Shown in pieces: positions 41,355 to 54,866 of a stretch of 64,000 nt of DNA (positions are counted from its first letter, which is position 1; the number at the start of each line of letters is the position of its first letter). The notes under the pieces are model-generated. The model made no database searches and was not told where the DNA came from. It was given only the letters and a program-made list of their open reading frames with translations. The translations under genes and the position numbers were made by a program. Source of the DNA: Mustelus asterias (lineage: Eukaryota); contig NW_027590164.1 in assembly GCF_964213995.1 (NCBI RefSeq), positions 186,001 to 250,000 on the forward strand. The letters run 5' to 3'.

Positions 41355-42100
41355 ATCACTGACCCACTCTCACTGACCCACCCCACTTATTGGCCCTCAC
41401 TGAATCACTCACTCTCACTCACTTACCCCCACTCATTCCTACTCACTCACCATCGTTCACCCTCACACACTCACCCGCACTCACCTACCCTCGCTCGCTC
41501 ACACGCTCACTCACTCACCTTCACTCACACTCACTCACCCACATTCACTCTTTCGTGCAAACTAACTAACCCCCACTCACCCAATCTCACTTATTCTCAC
41601 TCACAATCACTCATCCTACTCAGCCTCGCTCACACAGTCATTTTCACTGCCATTGACCCTGATACCCTCACTCACTCACATACCCTAAATCAACCTTACC
41701 CACACAGCATAATTCACACTCACTTAGTCACTCACTCACCTCACTCACCCCACTCACCCCCACTCACTCATACAACCTCACTCATTCACCCTCACTCACT
41801 TACCCAACCTCACTCATGCTAGCTGACACTGACACTCACTCACATGCGCTCATCCTCAATCAACTTCACTCACTCAGCCTCACTCACACTCACTAACTGT
41901 CTCTCACCCTCACTCATTCACCCTGACTCACCCACTCCCACGCACTCACTGGCTCACCATCATTTAATTAGCCTCATTCAATTATCCTCACTCCCTCAGC
42001 TACCCTCACTCACTCACGCACCCTCACTCACCCACCCTTACTCAACCTCACTCACTCACACTCACTCACTCACACTCACACCCACCCTCATCAACTTATC
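41355..42100. repeat. Degenerate (ACTC)n-rich tract
   Basis: Seen directly in the sequence. Confidence 0.9.
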
Positions 42101-42101
42101 T

Positions 42102-42515
42102 TCACTCCCCCTAACTCACTCACCCTAACTCACTCCCCCTAACTCACTCCCCCTAACTCACTCCCCCTAACTCACTCCCCCTAACTCACTCGCCCTAACT
42201 CACTCCCCCTAACTCACTCACCCTAACTCACTCCCCCTAACTCACTCACCCTAACTCACTCCCCCTAACTCACTCCCCCTAGCTCACTCCCCCTAACTCA
42301 CTCCCCCTAACTCACTCCCCCTAACTCACTCACCCTAACTCACTCCCCCTAACTCACTCACCCTAACTCACTCGCCCTAACTCACTCCCCCTAACTCACT
42401 CCCCCTAACTCACTCCCCCTAACTCACTCACCTTAACTCACTCCCCCTAACTCACTCACCCTAACTCACTCCCCCTAACTCACTCCCCCTAACTCACTCA
42501 CCCTAACTCACTCAC
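42102..42515. repeat. 14-bp minisatellite CCCTAACTCACTC(C/A), about 29 copies
   Basis: Homogeneous tandem array. Confidence 0.95.
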
Positions 42516-42604
42516 GCAGACGCATGCACATTCACTCACTCTCTCACATCCTGAAGCGAGGTCTGAAGACGGTGTGATGCCCAACTTCAGGAGCATGCCA
42601 ATGG

Positions 42605-43560
42605 AGTGGAGAGAGCTGTAGGGAAGCGCGGGGGCTCGGGCCAGGGAAAATGGCAAGGAGCTACGTGAAAGGGCAGATAGCTGGGGAAAGAGCAGAGAGC
42701 CGGGGGAAAGGGAAGACAGCAGTAGGGAAGGGCAGGGAGATGGGGGAAAGTGCAGAGATTCAGGGGAAATGGCAGAGAGCTGGGGAAAGGACAGGGAGAT
42801 GGGGAAAAGGGAAGAGAGCCGGGGAAAGAACAGAAAGCCAGGGGAAAGGGCAGAGAGCCGAGGGAAAGGGCAGAGAGCCGGGAGAAGGAGCAGACAGCCG
42901 GCGAAAAGAACAGGGAGACGGGGAAAAGGGCACACATTCGGGGGGAAGAGTAGAATGTCGGGAGAAAAGGTAGAGAGTCGGAGCAAAAGGCAGAGAGCCG
43001 GGGGACAGGGCAGCGAACAGGGTGGAAGGGCATAGAGATGAGGGAAGGGCAGCGATCCGGAAGAAAGGGCATAAAGGTGGTGGGAAGGACAGACAACCGG
43101 GCAATGGCAGAATGACGGAGGTAATTGCGGAAAGCCGCGCGAAACTACAGAGAGTGGGATGGGGAGGGGGGGAGGGGGGAGGGGGGCACAGAGTGTTGGA
43201 AAAGGGCAAGGAACAGGAGGAAACGACAGTGAGTCGGGAGAAAGTCTAGAGGGTTGGGGGAAACATAAAAGCAGAGAGAGGGGATGGGTCTGAAATTGCA
43301 GAGAGCCAGGATAAAGGGTAGGGAGGGAGCATAGAGAGCCGGGGACAAGTGAAAAAAGCCGGAAGAAAGGGCAGAGAATCGGAAGAAAGGACAGAGAGCT
43401 GGGGGAAAGCATAGAGGGGGTGAGAACGTGTGGACAGACATGAAAGAGCAGATAGAGAGATGGAGGAAAGCGTCAGAAGCCGGTGGAAAGTAGAGAAAGC
43501 TGAAGGATCGAGCAGAGAGTCAGGAAAGAGTAGACAGCTGGTCATTGGGCTGAAGGGAGG
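42605..43560 (+). repeat. G/A-rich degenerate ~20-bp repeat (GGGGAAAGGGCAGAGAGC(C/T))
   Basis: Strongly purine-skewed, with many GGGG runs and AGCT/AGCC motifs. Confidence 0.9.
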
Positions 43561-44256
43561 GGTTGGAATATGGAGTTTACACCCACAATCAGTTCACCCA
43601 TGATGTCACTGAATGGAGGAGGAGGCTTGAGGAAGCGAATGGCCTATTCCTACTATTAATGCATGATCCGAAGATTAGAGAATGTTGCAAGCATTTGAGT
43701 TGGTATTCATTTGAGAGTTTTATGGTGATTACATTAGTATTCATCCTGAAGGTATTATTGAAGCAAAGTCACTATTCTTTGTTTGGGGGTTTTGGAGATT
43801 GGTGGGAGGCGGGCGGTTGGGATGTTTGGTGGAAATGAGGTGGAGAGTGTTGAGAGCATCAGCCAGTTTGAACACCAGCAATTCCCAAAACTGCTAAGAA
43901 ATGAATGAAGAGACAATTTCCTCATCACAAGGTGCTGTTGATTGAGAAATAAATGGTGGCTGCAAGAATAGAGAAAATCATCTGCTTTTCTCCTTTGATC
44001 CAGTGCAATTTATGTCATTCAGATAACATCAAAATGTTTTTTTTCCAGTGTGACAGAGACGGAGAAAGAGATTTGAGTTCCTACAGAGGGAACAGATATC
44101 CTAAATCATAGAACTAATCGAATCTTAAATGTGGTGTCGGTTTTATTGGGAAATATTAGGATAGGTTCATAATTCTGGTCAAAATTTTAAATGTCTGATG
44201 GCTTAAAGAACACAATTAACAGTGTCTAACTTTTTCAATCGACCATTCTTTCTCAG

Positions 44257-44556
44257 CGACACCGTCTCCGCCCATTCTCTACAGCCTGGTCTCCTCCTGT
44301 CAGCAACACAACACTGACGGCTCCGTCACCTACGGATGTTTGGCAATGGACTACTCCCCAGAAATCACCAGTCTGACCTGGAAGAAAAATGGGCAGCCGA
44401 TCAACACTGGGTTTAAGACTTACCCGTCAGTGAGAAACACGAAGGGAACCTATACCCTGAGCAGCCAGTTAACCATCACCGAGTCAGAGGGAGAATGCAG
44501 CAAAATCGACTGTGAGGTTCGACACAGCGACTCAGTCAAGAGCATTGAAATGCCAT
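44257..44556 (+). CDS. IGHM: IgM Cmu1 exon
   Basis: [44 protein letters not shown]...[15 protein letters not shown]; AG/GT phase-1 boundaries. Confidence 0.96.
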
Positions 44557-44687
44557 GTAAGTGTTGTGCAGCTTGTGTAAAACAGAAACGCTGTGGTTAA
44601 CCTGTGTAAGGCCTTGGTTATAACTCACATAAAGAGATGTGCATAATCCGGACCCTGGATTGTCCCGGTTCATGTCCATTGACTGCA

Positions 44688-44998
44688 AATGAGCCTTTTT
44701 CCTCTGATGGAGAAATCCAGCACGAGGGGGCATGGCTTTAAATTGAGGGGGGGTAGTTATAGAACCGATGTCAGGGGTAGGTTCTTTACCCAGAGGGTGG
44801 TGAGGGATTGGAATGCCCTGCCAGCATCAGTAGTAAATGCGCCTAGTTTGGGGGCGTTTAAGAGATCCGTAGATAGGTTCATGGACGAAAAGAAATTGGT
44901 TTAGATTGGAGGGTCACAGTTTTTTTTTAACTGGTCGGTGCAACATCGTGGGCCGAAGGGCCTGTTCTGCGCTGTAATGTTCTATGTTCTATGTTCTA
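44688..44998 (+). mobile_element. 5'-truncated CR1 LINE in the Cmu1-Cmu2 intron
   Basis: TRGHGFKLRG..FFTQRVV; (TTCTATG)n tail. Confidence 0.9.
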
Positions 44999-45063
44999 AT
45001 GTAGACAGAAGTTTGATTGATCAACATCTTCTGTAGGAAATAACTAATATGTGTTTTCTCAAG

Positions 45064-45378
45064 GTCCTGAAGGTGGCATCCCTCCAACCGTTATCCTCAC
45101 CGTGAGTTCCAGTGAAGAAATCACAAGTAGCAAATTTGCATTCATCGTCTGTTCAATCGTCGATTTCCAGGCACAGTCAATGACGGTGAAGTGGCTGAAG
45201 AATGGACAACCCATGGATTCAGGAATTGTCACCTCTCCCGTCTGTGAAGTGAACGGGAGCTTCTCGGCGAGCAGTCGGCTGACAGTCTCCGCTGGGGAAT
45301 GGTTCAGCAAAGCGGTCTATACCTGCCAGGTCACTCATCAAGGATTCACCCAGAGTCAGAACATCACCGGATCTCTGG
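45064..45378 (+). CDS. IGHM: IgM Cmu2 exon
   Basis: [43 protein letters not shown]; phase-1 splice sites. Confidence 0.96.
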
Positions 45379-45664
45379 GTAAGAGATGCAAACCGAGGGA
45401 GGAATTGATCATTTTACGCTCTGATTTTAATAAAAATCAAGAATTATTAAAGTCAGTACATAGCAGCGGACAACTTTTAATTTACTGCCATGTATTTGCT
45501 TCTGTGTAAGAGCTGCATTAGGATTGCTCACCATTCAGGATTTCATCAGAACGTTTCCCTCTACTTTGATCTCATATAGTGAGTGAGGTGGACTTTATAT
45601 CAGCGTTTACTGAGCTGATAGTATTTGGGGAAACGATAGGTGTCTAGTAGTGATCGTGGTTTGC

Positions 45665-46655
45665 CTCAGTGATCAGAGTTGGGACGCAATTGTTTACAAA
45701 GATGATTTGGAGTTGGGGACCAAGTATAGTGTGTACAAGTTCGCAGATGACATTAAGATGAATGGTAGAGCAAAGGGTGCAGAGGACACTGAAAGTCTGC
45801 AAAGGGATATAGATAGTTTCAGTGAGTGGGCAAGGGCAAGGGAGTACAATGTTGGTAGGAATAGCAGCAAAATTGACTATTAATTCCGGGGTGAAAATTG
45901 CTGCATTCGGCTGTGCAGAGGGATCTGGGTGTCCTTGTGCATGAATCTCAAAATGTTGGTTTGTAGGTGCAGCAGTAATTAAGAAGGCAAATGGAATTTT
46001 GTCCTTTATTGCTGGAGGGATGGAATTTAGAAACAGGGAGGTTATGGTGCAGCTGTAAAAAGTTCAGCTTATAAATTGAGGCAACAGCTGTAGTATTGTG
46101 TACAACGTTAGGCTCCTTACTTGAGAAAGGATAAACCGGCACTGCAGGGGGTGCCGAGAAGTCACTAGGTTGATTGCGGAGTTGGGAGTGTTGGCTTATG
46201 CGGAGAAATTGTGTGGACTGGGACTATACCCATTGGAATTCAGAAGAATGAGGGGGGATCTTTTAGAAACATGTAAGACCATGAAGGGGTAGAAAAGAAA
46301 GCAGCAGGAGGTGGTTTCCACTGGAGTGTGAAACTAGAACGAGGGGGCATATCCTCAAAATAAGGCGGGGAGGGGGGGGGCGATATCTGCTTGAGTTAAG
46401 GACGAACTTCTTCATCCAAAGGGTTGTGAATCTATGGAATTTCCTGCCCAGTTAAGCAGTTGAGGCGACCTTGCTGAATATTTTAAAGGCAAAAATAGAT
46501 AGCTTTTTGAACAGTAAATGAATTAAGGGTTATGATGAGCGGGCGGGTGAGTGGATCTGAGTGCACGAAAATATCAGCCATGTTCTTATTGAATGGCGGA
46601 GTAGACTCGAGGAGCCAGATGGTCTACTGCTGCTCCTAGTTCTTATATTCATATG
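45665..46655 (+). mobile_element. Degenerate CR1 LINE in the Cmu2-Cmu3 intron
   Basis: KFADDIKM..ESLQRDID; 3' end similar to the element at 305-2690. Confidence 0.88.
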
Positions 46656-46982
46656 TTAACAGCTTCAAGGTATTGTGCTCGAAAGTGCACCCACCCTATT
46701 TATAAATCAGCGTTCAGTATTGCCTTCCTGATGTCAGGAATGATATATTTATACAGGGATTGCTGCAATGCTGATTCATTACAATAACGTCTGGAGTAAT
46801 CGATTTTACTGAATAGTTTTCGCAGACCAACCTGGCTTTCCATTCAGTATAGACGATTAAAGACGACATCTCGAGGTTGATATCCCGAAGTTTTTTTATA
46901 CTACATCAGAAAGTGAAGGCTGAATACTGCTGTCTTGATTCTGAAGATGAAACTTAGGTTCATTTTCATTTCTGCTTCACAG

Positions 46983-47282
46983 ATTCTCCCACATGCACCA
47001 ATTCCAGGATCACTCTCCTGCCTCCTCCCATAGAACAGGTCCTACTGGAGGCGACCGTGACCTTAACATGTGTCATTTCTAACGCTTACGCTGGATTCAA
47101 CATGTCCTGGAGCCAAGGAAAGAAACCTTTAAAATCAGAGATTGTCGAGAAACATTCAGGCAGTGTAGTCAGCAAATTAAACATCTCGACACAAGCCTGG
47201 CAGAGTGGGGACGTGTTCGAATGTGTGGCGAGCAATGAGGATCAGCCAACTCCTTTAAGACTATCTATCCACAAGGAAGAAG
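46983..47282 (+). CDS. IGHM: IgM Cmu3 exon
   Basis: [51 protein letters not shown]; phase-1 splice sites. Confidence 0.96.
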
Positions 47283-47380
47283 GTGAGCGGCCAGACTGAA
47301 ACAATAAATGAGTCATTGTGTATATTTCCAGTGTAAGTGGTTGAGTCAATCTTTGCTATTCGGTGTATTAATCGCCTTCT

Positions 47381-47704
47381 CATAGAAACCCTACAGTGCA
47401 GAAGGAGGCCATTTGGCCCATCGAGTCTGCACCGACCACAATCCCACCCAGGCCCTACCCCCACATATTGTACCCGCTAATCTCACTAACCTACACATCT
47501 CAGGACTCTCAGGGGCAATTTTTAACCTGGCCAATCAACCTAACCCGCACATCTTTGGACTGTGGGAGGAAACCGGAGCAAACCCACGCAGACACGAGGA
47601 GAATGTGCAAACTCCACACAGACAGTGACCCAAGCCGGGAATCGAACCCAGGTCCCTGGAGCTGTGAAGCAGCAGTGCTAACTATTGTGCTACCGTGCCG
47701 CCCC
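47381..47704 (-). mobile_element. Young V-SINE (HE1-like)
   Basis: Near-identical to 23247-23612. Confidence 0.92.
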
Positions 47705-48423
47705 TGATTGATAGTTTTAGTAACTAAACACTCTGGGTCTGTAGATAATAAATTCGATGTGAGAAGTGAAAAGTAGATGAAGTAACAATGATTAGAAGAC
47801 AACGCTTAGATGGAGTAAGAAGGGAGGAGGGACGTGATTTGAACTTTAGCAGCAAAACAGACCAGTTCAGCTGAATGGCCTCTTTCTGTGCTGTAAGCTT
47901 GAAGTAACTTTCTAGTTCAGACAGAAATGTTCACCAATAAATGGATCGTAACCATCTCTGCTCCGAACTGAAAAATTGGGCAAATCCCAAAATGAAAATT
48001 GGAAACCTTTAAAAGTCAGCATCAAATACGCTTTTCTCGATCGGGTAGATAATTAAGAAACATCTCCCCTTCGTGGAAGGGTCAACAACCAGATGATATA
48101 GATTTAAGAGAAGGAACGGCATTTGTGGAGAACCTTTTTCACCCAGAGGGTGTTTTGAATGTGCAACTCAATGCCTGAAAGGTTGGAAGGGGCAGGAACC
48201 TTCACAGCATTTAAGAAACATTTAAATTAGTCCTTGAAACACCAATGCATCCAAGGCTATGGATCAAGTGCTGGATAATGGAATTAAAATAGATTGGTGT
48301 TTCATGGCCAGCGCAGTCACATTGGGCTGAAGGGCCTCTTTTCGTGCTGTAAAACTCTATGACCTGGAGTATCCAGGAGTTCCATTCCCTCCGAAACTGA
48401 CGCATGTTGTACATTTTCTACAG

Positions 48424-48815
48424 TTAAAAATCCACAGGAACCCTCCGTTTCTGTCCTCCTGCCCTCGGCGGAAGACGTCTCCGCTCAGAGATTCATCTCC
48501 CTCAGCTGTTTAGTGAGAGGTTTCTCCCCCCGAGAGATCTTCGTCAAGTGGACCATCAATGACAAGCCGGTGAATCCCGGGAACTACAGGAACACAGAGG
48601 TGGTGGCGGAGAACGGCAATGGCTCCTTCTTCATGTACAGCCTGTTATCCATTGCAGCGGAGGAGTGGGCCAGTGGCGCTTCTTACTCATGTGTGGTGGG
48701 ACATGAAGCCATCCCCTTGAAGATCATCAACAGAACGGTTGACAAATCCAGCGGTAAACCCAGTTTTGTGAACATTTCTCTTGCACTGATGGATACCGTT
48801 AATTCATGTCAATGA
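48424..48815 (+). CDS. IGHM: IgM Cmu4 exon plus secretory tailpiece (internal membrane-form donor after 48753)
   Basis: [38 protein letters not shown]...[11 protein letters not shown]...DKSS|[20 protein letters not shown], with N-glycan site and penultimate Cys. Confidence 0.97.
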
Positions 48816-48842
48816 GAATCATACATTTATATTCGACACTTC

Positions 48843-48857
48843 AATAAAAATAATAAA
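48843..48857 (+). terminator. Poly(A) signals for the secreted mu mRNA
   Basis: Two AATAAA hexamers about 30-40 nt after the stop. Confidence 0.8.
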
Positions 48858-49239
48858 AGCCTTTTCGTCCAATGATGAATGAAAATAACCAATCGCTTAA
48901 TTGATTGTTTTCCAGTTTTACTTCTTTTAGGTCTCTTTGGTTTGGGTCTCATATTTACAAGTCTTGTAGAATCAGTGCTCCCATATCAGTGACACGCACC
49001 CTGGGTTAGAGACAGACTGGAGCATATTCATTACCAAACTCTGAAAAATAGCTTCACCAACCTTCCTGCTGCTGGGGAGAAATCCAACGAATGAATATTT
49101 CAGATAAACAAATACGCATATTTAGATCTTGGTATTCCTGCTTCCCTCATTGTCCATCCCATTAACATTGATGTCAGCTTTAAGTTGCTGACTACATCCA
49201 CTCGGAACTGAAGTGAGGGTCACACACAGACATAGAGCA

Positions 49240-49660
49240 GCAATCCCCCATCAGAGAGAGGGGGGATTGAAATTGTTAACACACTGGATTCCCACTCCTC
49301 CAGCAAAGAGAGGGGAGGGGCATTAGGTAATCCACAGTAATCCCACTGTCCCAGCAAAGTGAGGGGGTTGGAGCATTGGATAATCCACTTTACCCACACT
49401 CCACCAACAATGAGAGTGGGAGTGGCATTAGATAAACCATTGTACCCTCCCTTCGCAACAAAGAGGAGTAGTTAATCCACTGTATCAGCACTCACCCCAA
49501 AAAGAGGGGGAAGAACATTAATTAATGTACTCTACCCCCAATTTCCCAGTAAAGAGAGGAAGAGGGGAGTGTAGTTAATTCACTGTACCCCCACATCCCC
49601 AACAAAGTGAGGGGGAGGGGCAGTAGTGAACCCACTGTAGCTACAGCTCCTCAGCAGAGA
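49240..49660. repeat. Degenerate ~55-60 bp tandem repeat, about 7 units
   Basis: Recurring AATCCACTGTACCC...CAACAAAGAGAGGGG. Confidence 0.75.
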
Positions 49661-50149
49661 AAACCAAAATGGAAAGTGCTCAGTCCATAGGAGAGAACGA
49701 AACGATGAACTCACAATGCTCCCCATCCCCGAGCAGAAGATATGGAAGAGATTGGATTTCTATGGCAATTCCTCAGTCACCAAAGGTTTTCTCCCTTTCT
49801 GGCTGCAAATTCTAAACTTCCAACATGCTAATCATGTTGTGGAATATATATTTATGGAACATTATTTTCAAAGTTTAAACACTCTGTTCATCGTTTGCTA
49901 ACATTGATTTCTCACAATCCAAATTTAAACTGGTGACTGTATCCTCCCTGGGTTTTCAGACACCTATCCCTGATGTTTATGTGGATCAATAAATTGTTGC
50001 ATTAATTCAACGAATTTCGCCTTGCATCTCACAGAAGAGAAATATCAACAGAGGATGTTGAAAACATTCTCCATAATTCGCACCCGTCAGGGTCAAGGTC
50101 TATTATTTCCATCCTGTGAAACTTGGTACAGTAGTAAATATACAGGCAA

Positions 50150-51685
50150 CTGACAAAACAACACGCACACACACATGCCAGACATCTGCACGCACGCACA
50201 CAGAAACACACATCCACAAAAACACACGTAAGTACACACATACAGAAACACAAATACAGGCAAAGAAATATACACAAAGAAAAACACAAACATGCACAAA
50301 AATTACACACACAAACAGACACAAGTAAACGTATGGGCCTTCACAAAAGCAAGCATACTAACACGCACAAATATGTACACACACAAATATAGGCATACGC
50401 ACGAATACTCAAACAAAGAAATACGCAGATGCATAAGCCTATACAAACAAGTACAAAAATAAACATATATATCCATGTAAATATGCCAATAAACGCACAA
50501 TTTCACACAAGTGCAAACTCATGTACACACAATCACACACATTCACAGAAGCATAAAGGCAGACAGTCAGACACGCAAACACACACAAACAGATGCACCG
50601 ACACAAAGATACACACTTTTGTGCACACATAAAAGCACTCACATAAACGGAGAAATACACATAGAAACATACATAGGCACAGAATCACACGCACACAAAG
50701 ACACACACATGCACACACGAAAAACACATGCAAATCGACACATATTTACAAGCGTGCACAATGCACACAGACACACACAAGCCCTGACATGGAAAGACAT
50801 TCGCACATCGGTTCGCACACATACATTACTTACGCAAATGCGCATGTATACACACAAACAAACACTGAAATCATAGAATCCTCGAAATGCACATTAAATA
50901 CACACTTCTGAAAACAAACGCACAATTGTACACAGACACAAACACACACAAAAACACAGAAAAAACATGGCTCCATAAATACGCAGACAGAAATGCACAC
51001 AAACGCAGATGCAGGCACACGCAAGCAAGCAGACGCAAACACAAACATACAAAATGCAGAAGAGTATAATCACCCAAGGACATGGAATGCAAAAGAAGCT
51101 TAATTAAAGAATATGGATTCAAAGATGCATATGCTCACACACAAATATAGACACACAGACGCACGTTAACAGAGTACACATGATCACACAAATACTTAGA
51201 TCAACAGACGGCAAAATATTCAAAGACGCACATGTAGACGCAAACATTAACATGCCAATAAACAAGAGAACACAAACACACACATTAATACAAATGAGAA
51301 CATGAATATATATCAAATCATGTTTATAAAGATCTAACAAAGTACAAAAACACATTAACGCACACACACACACACACACAGATACAAACACTACTGCACT
51401 AACAGATAGTTGGAAGAGCAAAAGCATATTAGCACATTTATTAACAGGCACGAACGCATAAACATGTTTTCATATAGACATTACTAAATAAAGAGCGACT
51501 TGAACACAATGAATCACTCGTATGTAAACATTGACAGAGAAACATAATGTACACACAGATGCAGACACATGATTTTACAAAGTAACATAATGGCATAGGG
51601 TCACACATTAACACGTACATGAACGCAAACAAGTAATAGTGCAAAGCGAAATGCGCATGCGAACACAAACAAACTCAAACACAAA
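50150..51685. repeat. CA-rich low-complexity tract
   Basis: Seen directly in the sequence. Confidence 0.9.
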
Positions 51686-52237
51686 AGTGAGGTTTTTGAT
51701 GGAAGTATAATTCAAGTTACTTTTTAAAAGACATTTTCTCCAACAATTGTTCCAATAAGAAAATAACTCAACAAACACACTGAACAATATTCTCAATGAG
51801 GAACCGATTTAAGTTAATAATATAACAAGTGTTTCCATAACAGATAAACAAACGAGATGGAAACTCACATTCGACTTCTTAAATAGCAACATTTAAAGTT
51901 TACAAATAAACAGATCACAAATCTCCCTCGAAACACATTATTATATTCTCCAATAATAGGTAGCATGAAATTTTTGGAAAATGGACTGATACTGAAGAAA
52001 AGTTGCCATGTTTTCCCATACAGTCTGTACGAGGAATGTAAGAAAGAACATGTATGAAAATAGTTACAGAGATCGGTTACTGAGTGTCACGAACTCAATA
52101 GTAGATATATATGAAACTTCAATTAGATAATGAATTAATAGCTTAGGAAGGAGAAATGGGAATATACAAAGTAATATTTAGTTATGCTGGATAAATAAAA
52201 CAATCTAATTATATTTCCTCGGCTGTGACACCCATAG

Positions 52238-52365
52238 ATTCCACAGACCGTATTTGGATTGAAAACAATGAGGATGACAACAGCAACATCTGGACAACCG
52301 CTTCCACATTCATCGTCCTGTTCTTCCTGAGCATTTTTTACAGCACTGCTGTCACTCTGGTGAAG
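52238..52365 (+). CDS. IGHM: IgM transmembrane exon TM1
   Basis: [43 protein letters not shown] (CART motif); AG and GT boundaries. An alternative in-frame acceptor at 52246 is possible. Confidence 0.95.
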
Positions 52366-52505
52366 GTGAGATGATTCAATTAATCCACATTTCAAACTGA
52401 TAGAAGGGATTTGAAAAATCTCTGAACGTTTTATTGATTTAAAACTCTAACATTAATGCCCCGCATCATAAATATCTGCTTCATTATTGTATCTCTCTTT
52501 TACAG

Positions 52506-52514
52506 ATCAAGTGA
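52506..52514 (+). CDS. IGHM: IgM TM2 exon (IK*), giving a KIK cytoplasmic tail
   Basis: Polypyrimidine tract and TACAG|ATC AAG TGA. Confidence 0.9.
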   Translation: MK

Positions 52515-53614
52515 CGGGTTGAATTTTGGACGCTGTAGATTTCCCTCAACTGATTATTATGATCTCTGTATGGCTCAAATACAATATCTGCTCTCGGTGA
52601 ATCTAACAGTAAAATTCCCTCGGTTTATCATTCTGAATCTCTAACTGAGACAATACTGGCCGGTATTTCAGTTCTCAATATGAAACGTATGAGGTATTTT
52701 TTGTTGTGATGTAAACTGTAATTAATAGTTTCCCTGTAGTTTAAATTTCAAGTATAACTCAATGATTTTTCCCGTTCCTTATTCACAATTGTTCATTTCC
52801 CGATATGTTTAGCTCCTGTTTAATCTTTCTTGTGTCTGTTGTATGTGTACATATTTTGGACAGCTCGGAACAGGTGTTTTCTATTTTCAATGTGAAGCTT
52901 ATTCGCTTTATCAACTTTAAAACAAACGTTTCTGTTACATGTTCTCTGTTTTTTTTAAATAAATCTAGAGTGAAAAAAAAACTAAGTCAGACTTTGAGTT
53001 ATTCTCCAAAGCCTATCGACACCGCTCTATTTTCCCTATTACACGGTTTCCCCCTTTTCCCAGACTGGGATTTTTCCCCAGACTGTCTGGGATGTGTTTC
53101 AACTCAAGACTCTTCAGTGAAAGAGTCACTCCGCCATCTAGCGGCCCATCCGTGTAATGACAGCTTTACTGCTGCCTTTTTATGATAAACTCCAACCGGC
53201 CAGATATAAAACTCGGTGAGAACAGTTGGGTATTAACCACGAGAGACTGGGATGTTTTCTGCAAAAAACATGCAATTCGTACACATTTCCAATGATTGTC
53301 AGCAATTGGGGCCGATGAGATATACTAGGGGAAAACACGCAGAATTCCCAGATACTGGGGTCAATCTGAAACAACAGATAAACAGATTATTGGAACTGCT
53401 CCCAGAGAATGCGGTTTAATCTGATACAGAGACTCCCGCTTCTCATTTTCTCTTAGCACGCAAATAGATATTTTGCCCCCATGTTCTGTTGGAAACGCAC
53501 ACGCTCCGTTTTCTGGTGAACACACAGTGACTGTCTGCTTCACACTGTCCTTTTTGTGTCAATTAACATTGTCCCATTGATTCCATTTCGATGATGCATT
53601 ATCCGCAATAGACA

Positions 53615-54052
53615 CCATTCCCTCTGACTCCATCCCCCGAAATTACTGAACATCACCCCAGGGATCCTGTCTCTCGGCTCCATTCCTCTGAGTCTATCCC
53701 CTGAACTAACTGAGCATCACCCCAGGGATCCTCTGTCCCGGCTCCTTTCTCTCTGACTCCATCCCCTGAACTCACTGAGCATCACCCCAGGGATCCTCTG
53801 TCCCTGTTCCATTCCCTCTGACTCCATCCCCCTGAACTCACTGAACATCACCCCAGGGATCCTCTTTCCCGGCTCCTTTCTCTCTGACTCCATCCCCTGA
53901 ACTCACTGAACATCACCCCAGGGAACCTCTGTCCCGGCTCCATTCCTCTGAGTCTATCCCCTGAACTAACTGAGCATCACCCCAGGGATTCTCTCTGCCT
54001 GCTTCATTTCTGCTGTTGCTATCCCCCTGAATTCACAAGATATCACCCCAGG
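53615..54052. repeat. ~61-bp minisatellite, about 7 copies
   Basis: CTCTGACTCCATCCCCTGAACTCACTGAACATCACCCCAGGGATCCTCTGTCCCGGCTCC repeated. Confidence 0.93.
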
Positions 54053-54866
54053 GGTCTACCAATGACATTCAAACCTTCATGCCCTGACGATTCTGTCCAC
54101 TTCCATCTCATCATGTCCTTCTACAGGCTGTGGATGATATCAGCATGTCCTGAGGATTCTGGTCTGGTCCTTTGTATGTTCCTACATTCCTGAAGCTGAG
54201 ATCTTTTCATTCTAAAGTCCTGGATTTCAGCTCCGAGATTTGATTTGCTTGCATATCATATCAACTTCAAGGAGAGAAGAATGAACGGCCTGCATGCGTG
54301 TTCAGAAGAACTTCTCTGAGTAGTTACAGTTGAAAATTAAAGTTCCTTTCTGCTCGAATCTCTATTACTCACCATGTGCACCGCCCCACGCAGCCAAGGG
54401 CCGACCCTCCCTCACTCTCTTACTTTTACCTTCAGTTAGTATGACTCCCCATCTCGATGTACTTTCCCCAGGATCGGGAGATCTCACGTTGGTCAGGGTT
54501 ACCGTTTGTTTCTAACGCATGCGGCACTGAATCTGGGAATGAGTGATTGGATAATGTGGAGGGAGATTTGTACTGCATCACACCTATACCATACCTGTCC
54601 TATAATGTGATACCAGATTGTGGAGGGAGGTTTTAATTCTATCTGTGCTTAACCTATTGGACTTAATGACATGCTTTGCTGATAACCAGTATATATATAT
54701 ACATATATATATATACACACACACGCACATTTTAGTTGTTATGAGACTTTGCTGGTTAGGGCGATGACAAGATTCTATTCATAACAAATTATTAATACAA
54801 CCTTATGAAAGATGGAATTATTAATAGGAATAAAATGAACAATTTGGTGAAAGTACCCCAAGTGCA

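Noticed and set aside
38560-43560. Long His/Thr/Ser- or Pro/Leu-rich ORFs (e.g. 42498-43412, 39695-40441), and likewise at 50.0-51.8 kb
   Set aside because: Translation artefacts of low-complexity repeats.
49950-50155. Possible extra exon(s) between Cmu4 and TM1 (acceptor-like sites near 49959 and 50034)
   Set aside because: No Ig, TM or tailpiece features; cannot be supported without transcripts.
32163-52514. Alternative identity as IgNAR, IgW, NAR-TCR or a germline-joined/IgM1gj gene
   Set aside because: Conventional VH with full FR2/CDR2, unjoined V, D, D and J with RSSs, and four mu-type C domains including Cmu2.
53615-54052. Regularly spaced repeats resembling a CRISPR array
   Set aside because: Vertebrate DNA; whole units repeat with no unique spacers, so it is a minisatellite.
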